In this document: in pieces, positions 57,958 to 64,000 of the stretch
Numbering within the stretch: the stretch's first letter is position 1
Layout of the letters: every line of letters starts with the position of its first letter
Origin: Nemertoderma westbladi
Lineage: Eukaryota; Animalia; Xenacoelomorpha
NCBI GenBank assembly: GCA_032718475.1
Contig: JAUCBJ010008837.1
Coordinates: 21,638-85,637, forward strand
Direction of reading: 5' to 3'
Length of the DNA: 64,000 bases
Position numbers and translations under genes: made by a program
The notes under the pieces: generated by a model
What the model saw: only the letters and a program-made list of their open reading frames with translations
What the model was told of the DNA's origin: nothing
Database searches by the model: none

Positions 57958-59063
57958 GTTTTATCGCGTTTCCATTTACCATCAGAGTGTTTAACGAATT
58001 TCCACACTGAACCGTCGGACCTTAGGCTGTAGCTTTCGGAATGATCATCTTCAGATTTTGCAGCTTTATTAAGGTCATAAACCTCTTTATTTCTATCTTT
58101 GATACGCGAGCGCTGTTCCGCTGATAGACTCGGGCGAACGCGGATCTTTTTACATAAGTCTGATGATGATACATTTGCAGTCACATTCTTATGAAAGGTG
58201 CGGGCCCCCTGTTCGCTGTTGAACGAGACTTTTACGAGACGGTCATGGTTCCCAAGACGTCCCAGTCGGGACACTTCGACCACCGAAGACTTGTCAACCC
58301 CGGCCAACTCGCAGAGCTGAAGCACCGAATCTTTAACAGACACCTCGTTATCTTCCTTCAGTCGTGAAATAATGATCTCTTTCTTTAGCTGTTCTTTTTG
58401 GAAAACATCTTTTATGGACTTATCCACAGCTCTGGAAATTGGTGTACTGGGATCGGAAGAATGCCTGGGCTTTCCTTTTCCGCGTTGCACATTCCATCGC
58501 GAGGATACGTGTACATCTTCGTCCCCATCTAGCTCAGTTCTGAGTTCCAAAATTTCCGTTGATAGAGTAGACAGCCTAAGCGTTAAACTGTCACTCAACA
58601 TTTCAATTTTGTCAGAAAGCGATGTGTCCGGGGTTCCCGGGGAATTGTAGGACTGGACTACCAATCTACCTCTTCCCTCACACTTATTGCACAGTATTTT
58701 ACAGTTTACGCATTTGGCTAAGGTGGATACCTCAGTATTCGATAGTTTCAGGCACGATCCATGGATCCAATGTCCACAGATTTCGCATCCAAGGCAGTTC
58801 TTACCTGCGACTTTCTTGTCACAGTGTGGACAAATGTCCATGGAGTTGACATTTACCGAGTCGTTGTGGCAAGATGATGAGTGGAGGTCGTAGTCGCTCT
58901 TATTCGCGAACAGAGCACTGCAGATATCGCAGTTGTGTAGTTTCGACATATCTATTTTGCCGCCGAGGCTAGGTCTTGGTGCTGAGGTGGTTGTCCCTCC
59001 AGGTACCGCCCCCGCCCCAGCCATGCTTAGTCGCGTCTGTGGTTGCTTGTTCTTTGGTGGCAT
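57885..59063 (-). CDS. LINE ORF1 with C2H2-like finger, PHD finger, coiled coil and RRM-like region
   Basis: CPHC...CEICGHWIHGSC...ILCNKC; IIISRLKE...VSRLG...RLVKVSF. Confidence 0.88.
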   Translation of the reverse strand: MPPKNKQPQTRLSMAGAGAVPGGTTTSAPRPSLGGKIDMSKLHNCDICSALFANKSDYDLHSSSCHNDSVNVNSMDICPHCDKKVAGKNCLGCEICGHWIHGSCLKLSNTEVSTLAKCVNCKILCNKCEGRGRLVVQSYNSPGTPDTSLSDKIEMLSDSLTLRLSTLSTEILELRTELDGDEDVHVSSRWNVQRGKGKPRHSSDPSTPISRAVDKSIKDVFQKEQLKKEIIISRLKEDNEVSVKDSVLQLCELAGVDKSSVVEVSRLGRLGNHDRLVKVSFNSEQGARTFHKNVTANVSSSDLCKKIRVRPSLSAEQRSRIKDRNKEVYDLNKAAKSEDDHSESYSLRSDGSVWKFVKHSDGKWKRDKTWTHVPVSDPTNNPSEASPPSENQ

Positions 59064-60316
59064 TGCAGCAGTACCGGTACGGTAGGTATTGTTGTATAAT
59101 GCAGTAATGTATAACCATCCAGTTCACAGTTGCACCGTAGGCTGTAGGCTGTAGGGCTGTAGCCTTCAAAACCAGAATACAGTTTTCAACAGTTGGACCT
59201 GTTGGACAGTCAATGATAACTTTCAGTTCTAAGGGCAGCCCTAAACATCAGCTGGAGACAACACATGATAAACGCCGAGCTTTATGGTACAATACCACCT
59301 GTATCAACCACCCTCCGTGAACGCAGATTATGATTCAGTGGGCACTGCTGGCGAAGTAAAGACGAGGTCATACCAGATCTACTTCTCTGGCAACCAACTC
59401 ATGGAAAGCGTAGTCGTGGACGACCGGCCATAACATATATAGATCAACTTGAAAGGGATACTGAACTTGAGAGAAACGAAATTGCGACAACTATGGAGAA
59501 TCGGGAAGCCTGGAAGGATCTGATTTCCACTGTCCGAGTTCGCTCGACCTAGTAGTAGTAGTAGTAGTGTAAAGTACTTTTCTCATATTTTAAAGAATTT
59601 TTAGGAATTAAATATATGAACTTGTTATTTTTATTACCAATCGAATAGAATAAAAGTAAATAATTGATTAATTATTACGCTGCAAGTGATAGCACACAGC
59701 TTATAACCTAAGTGACAGGTTAAGGTGTGTTAATTATTAGATTAGTAAAAAATATATAGAAAATAATAAGTTAGGGCAGGCGCCTCACACTGCACTCTTA
59801 CTGCATGTTTACTACACTGGAGCCTTTCTCTCTACCTGAAGGTAGAGAGAACTCTACCTCAGAACTCTATCTCAGTGCCAACATACTGGGCTTTACTTAC
59901 ACTCAGCCTCTATTCACTGGCTGTGATTGACAAGCCAACGTGTCTCAGGAGATCCTTTAATGAATACCGCAGTTTTTATTTGGCCATTTTGGTAATTTTG
60001 GCCGCCAAAATGACCGACCAAGTTAATGCTTATTGGGATTGGGACTGTAGGCAGTAGGAAGGCTATTCAGCTATTACAGTATTATTTGTACCGGTATTTT
60101 ATTTATTTGTATTCGAATTTATTTCCGTATTTTATTTACTACCGGTACGGCGGTACACTACAGTAATATAGGCCTATGATAATAGCCTAATAAATACTGA
60201 AATAACCAGATAACTGCATGCGCAAACAACAGAAAATGTATGATGACGATGAAAGAGGAATTAGCAGTTAGAAGGTAGGGCCTAGCGCATTTTCTGACCA
60301 AAAAGACGAATTTTTG

Positions 60317-61392
60317 AAACATATCCTATCTGATGCAGAATTTCATGCTGAATCCAAATATGGAAACCGTTTTCCCATATCTTGCTTATCGAGATATCTG
60401 GCTATCTGGGATAGAAGATACTGGCTCCGATATATCGCGATATCGGTAAAGGCGATGAAGTTTGGGGTTTGCATTCAATTTATTTCTGCAAATTTCTGTT
60501 ATAAGTGGTGCCAATTGGATGTCTCCACGAGAAAGAGCACAAAATTTTAATTGAGAATGTATTTTTTTATGATTATTGGACCTACTCATCAGTTTATAAG
60601 ACAATTTCAAGTCTCCGGAATGAAGACGGGACTCGAATAAGCGACTATGCGGTCTTTTCAGGATTACACGGAATAGACTTATCGGTCATTGGAGATCTTC
60701 AAAATGTATAATCTCCAGTTCTAGTGGTTGTACGAAGTTCGTTTTAGGCTCATTCGAAAGCTCTTTTCTTAGAGAACAAAGTTACCATTTGATTTAAGAC
60801 AAAATGGTTGTAAAGCAACATAGCATGAATTTGGGTAAAATATGCCTTGCAAATTTTGTTCAAGTTATGATTGCTCAGGCAGCTTTTAAGAGTTTGCCAA
60901 ACCAAATGGTAACTTTGGTCTCTGAGAAAAGAGCTTTCGATTGAGCCCAAAACGAACTCCATACGACCACTAGAAAGATCGACCATACGACCACTACGAG
61001 ATCATACATTTTGAAGATCTCCGATGACCGATAAGTCTATTCCATGTAATCCTGCAAAGACCGCAGAGTCACTTATTCGAGTCCCGTCTTCATTCCGGAG
61101 ACTTGAAGTTGTCTTATAAACTGATCAGTAGGTCCAATAATCATAAAAAAAATACCTTCTCAATTAAAATTTTGTGCTCTTTCTCGTGGAGACATCCAAT
61201 TAGCACCACTGAGCACAGAAATTTGCAGAAATTGAATGCAAACCCCAAACTTCATCTTCTTTACCGATATTGCGATATATCGGAGCCAGTATCTTCTATC
61301 CCAAGATATCTCGAAAACTAAGCAAGATATGGGAAAACGGTTTCCATATTTGGATTCAGCATGAAATTCTGCATCAGATAGTATATATGTTT
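60317..61392. repeat. ~1.07-kb foldback (long imperfect inverted repeat), probable non-autonomous DNA transposon
   Basis: 60326-60800 is the approximate reverse complement of 60890-61381, leaving a loop under 100 bp. Confidence 0.88.
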
Positions 61393-61401
61393 TATGGATA
61401 T

Positions 61402-64000
61402 GTTAAGATATTGGAAACCCTGGTAGAAAGTTAGGGAGAGATCCCTGTTTCAGTTCACTATGTAATATATTGGAAACCCTGGTAGAAAGGTAGGGAGGGA
61501 TCCCCGTGTCAGTTCACTAAGTAAGATATTGGAAACCCTGGTAGAAAGTTAGGGAGAGATCCCAGTTTCAGTTCACTATGTAAGATATTGGAAACCCTGG
61601 TAGAAAGGTAGGGAGGGATCCCGTGTCAGTTCACTGTGTAAGAAAGTTAGGGAGGAATCCCCGCGTCAGTTCACTAAGTAAGATATTTGAAACCCTGGTA
61701 GAACGTTAGGGAGAGATTCCAGTTTCAGTTCACTATGTAAGATATTGGAAACCCTGGTAGAAAGTTAGAGAGGGATCCCGTGTCAGTTCACTATGTAAGA
61801 TATTGGAAACCCTGGTAGAAAGTTAGGGAGGGATCCTGTGTCAGTTCACTAATTAAGATATTGGAAACCCTGGTAGAAAGTTAGGGAGGGATCCCGTGTC
61901 AGTTCACTATGTAAGATATTGGAAACCCTGGTAGAAAGTTTGGGAGGGATCCCGTGTCAGTTCACTATGTAAGATATTGGAAACCCTGGAAGAAAGTTAG
62001 AGAGGGATCCCGTGTCAGTTCACTATGGAAGATATTGGAAACCCTGGTAGAAAGTTAGGGAGAGATCCCGTGTCAGTTCACTATGTAAGATATTGGAAAC
62101 CCTGGTAGAAAGTTAGGGAGGGATCCCGTGTCAGTTCACTATGTAAGATATTGGAAACCCATGGTAGAAAGTTAGGGAGGGATCCCGTGTCAGTTCACTA
62201 TGTAAGATGTTGGAAACCCTGGTAGAAAGTTAGGGAGGGATCCCCTGTCAGTTCACTATGTAAGATATTGGAAACCCTGGTAGAAAGTTAGGGAGGGATC
62301 CCGTGTCAGTTCACATGTAAGATATTGGAAACCCTGAAAGAAAGTTAGGGGGGGATCCCGTGTCAGTTCACTATGTAAGATATTGGAAACCCTGGTAGAA
62401 AGTTAGGGAAGGATCCCGTGTCAGTTCACTATGTAAGATAATGGAAACCCTGGTAGAAAGTTAGGGAGGGATCCCGTGTCAGTTCACTATGTAAGATATT
62501 GGAAACCCTGGTAGAAAGTTAGGGAGGGATCCCGTGTCAGTTCACTATGTAAGATATTGGAAACCCTGGTAGAAAGTTAGGGAGGGATCCCGTGTCAGTT
62601 CACTATGTAAGATATTGGAAACCCTGGTAGAAAGTTAGGGAGGGATCCCGTGTCAGTTCACTATGTAAGATATTGGAAACCCTGGTAGAAAGTTAGGGAG
62701 GGATCCCGGGTCAGTTCACTAATTAAGATATTGGAAACCCTGGTAGAAAGTTACGGAGGGATCCCGTGTCAGTTCACTAATTAAGATATTGGAGACCCTG
62801 GTAGAAAGTTAGGGAGGGATCCCGTGTCAGTTCACTATGTAAGATATTGGAAACCCTGGTAGAAAGTTAGGGAGGGATCTCCTGTGTCAGTTCACTATGT
62901 AAGATATTGGAAACCCTGGAAGAAAGTTAGAGAGGGATCCCGTGTCAGTTCACTATGTAAGATATTGGAAACCCTGGTAGAAAGTTAGGGAGGGATCCCG
63001 TGTCAGTTCACTATGTAAGATATTGGAAACCCTGGTAGAAAGTTAGGGAGGGATCCCGTGTCAGTTCACTATGTAAGATATTGGAAACCCTGGTAGAAAG
63101 TTAGGGAGGGATCCCGTGTCAGTTCACTATGTAAGATATTGGAAGCCCTGGTAGAAAGTTAGGGAGGGATCCCGTGTCAGTTCACTATGTAAGATATTGG
63201 AAACCCTGGTAGAAAGTTAGGGAGGGATCCCGTGTCAGTTCACTATGTAAGATATTGGAAACCCTGGTAGAAAGTTAGGGAGGGATCCTGTGTCAGTTCA
63301 CTATGTAAGATATTGGAAACCCTGGTAGAAAGTAAGAGAGGGATTTCCGTGTCAGTTCACTATGTAAGATATTGGAAACCCTGGTAGAATGTAAGGGAGG
63401 GATTCCCGTGTCAGTTCACTATTTTGGACCCTGGTAGAAAGTTAGGGAGGGATCCCCGTGTCAGTTCAGTATGTAAGATATTGGAAACCCTGGTAGAAAG
63501 TAAAGGAGGGATTCCCGTGTCAGTTCACTGTGTAAGATATTGGAAACCCTGGTAGAAAGTTAGGGTGGGATCATCCTGTGTCAGTTCACTATGTAAGATA
63601 TTGTAAACCCTGGAAGAAAGTTAGGGAGGGATCCCGTGTCAGTTCACTATGTAAGATATTGGAAACCCTGGTAGAAAGTTAGGGAGAGATCCCGTGTCAG
63701 TTCACTATGTAAGATATTGGAAACCCTGGTAGAAAGTTAGGGAGGGATCCCGTGTCAGTTCACTATGTAAGATATTGGAACCCATGGTAGAAAGTTAGGG
63801 AGGGATCCCGTGTCAGTTCACTAATTAAGATATTGGAAACCCTGGTAGAAAGTTAGGGAGGGATCCCGTGTCAGTTCACTATGTAAGATATTGGAAACCC
63901 TGGTAGAAAGTTAGGGAGGGATCCCGTGTCAGTTCACATGTAAGATATTGGAAACCCTGAAAGAAAGTTAGGGGGGGGATCCCGTGTCAGTTCACTATGT
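61402..64000. repeat. 58-bp tandem satellite, about 45 copies, running off the window edge
   Basis: Unit GTAAGATATTGGAAACCCTGGTAGAAAGTTAGGGAGGGATCCCGTGTCAGTTCACTAT. Confidence 0.97.

Larger units (their letters stand above)
54718..59228 (-). mobile_element. Full-length CR1/L2-group LINE with (TAAA)n tail
   Basis: ORF1 + ORF2, 3' UTR ending in TAAA repeats at 54718-54741; possible short TSD CTAA (54714-54717 and 59229-59232). Confidence 0.88.
52818..59568 (+). mobile_element. 5'-truncated RTE-type LINE interrupted by a CR1-type LINE; (TAG)n tail
   Basis: SDHRIV (APE end), NYRGICL, QNGFR, FVDFKKAFD, GVLQGDTLAP, FADD, FQYLGS. Frame resumes at 59229 (LRAALNISW...GRP...REAW) and ends in TAG repeats at 59550-59568. 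Confidence 0.9.

Noticed and set aside
59550-59568. AGTAGTAGT as another Maverick terminus
   Set aside because: It begins at the RTE stop codon and is the (TAG)n LINE tail; no TIR follows.
60314-61321. Short ORFs in the foldback
   Set aside because: Mirror-image ORFs created by the inverted repeat; no transposase motifs.
61402-64000. CRISPR array or telomere
   Set aside because: Head-to-tail units without unique spacers; TTAGGG occurs once per 58 bp rather than in tandem.

Overview
Eukaryotic (most likely invertebrate animal) repeat-rich DNA made almost entirely of nested mobile elements, with no host gene recognised. (1) A complete Polinton/Maverick at 9911-28630 has 515-bp TIRs starting AGTAGT and a CCTATT target-site duplication. 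It encodes a packaging ATPase, integrase, two tandem minor capsid (penton) genes, major capsid, adenain protease, core proteins and pPolB. (2) A second 15-kb pPolB element at 36265-51279 has AGTAGT termini and a TTCGTA TSD but no capsid, ATPase, protease or integrase gene; a partial inverted sister copy lies at 1-5567. (3) The rest comprises a BEL/Pao gag, a Gypsy element with a PHD-finger integrase, an RTE LINE interrupted by a full-length CR1-type LINE, foldback repeats and a 58-bp satellite. Main observation: both pPolB elements carry a TATA-binding-protein (TBP)-like gene directly behind pPolB and a PC4-like gene. The capsid-less element also has an array of about 12 tRNA T-arm/B-box motifs right after its TBP-like gene. 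This suggests a helper Maverick plus non-autonomous satellite replicon with its own transcription-factor module. All protein family calls are by-eye motif recognition; no database search was run.
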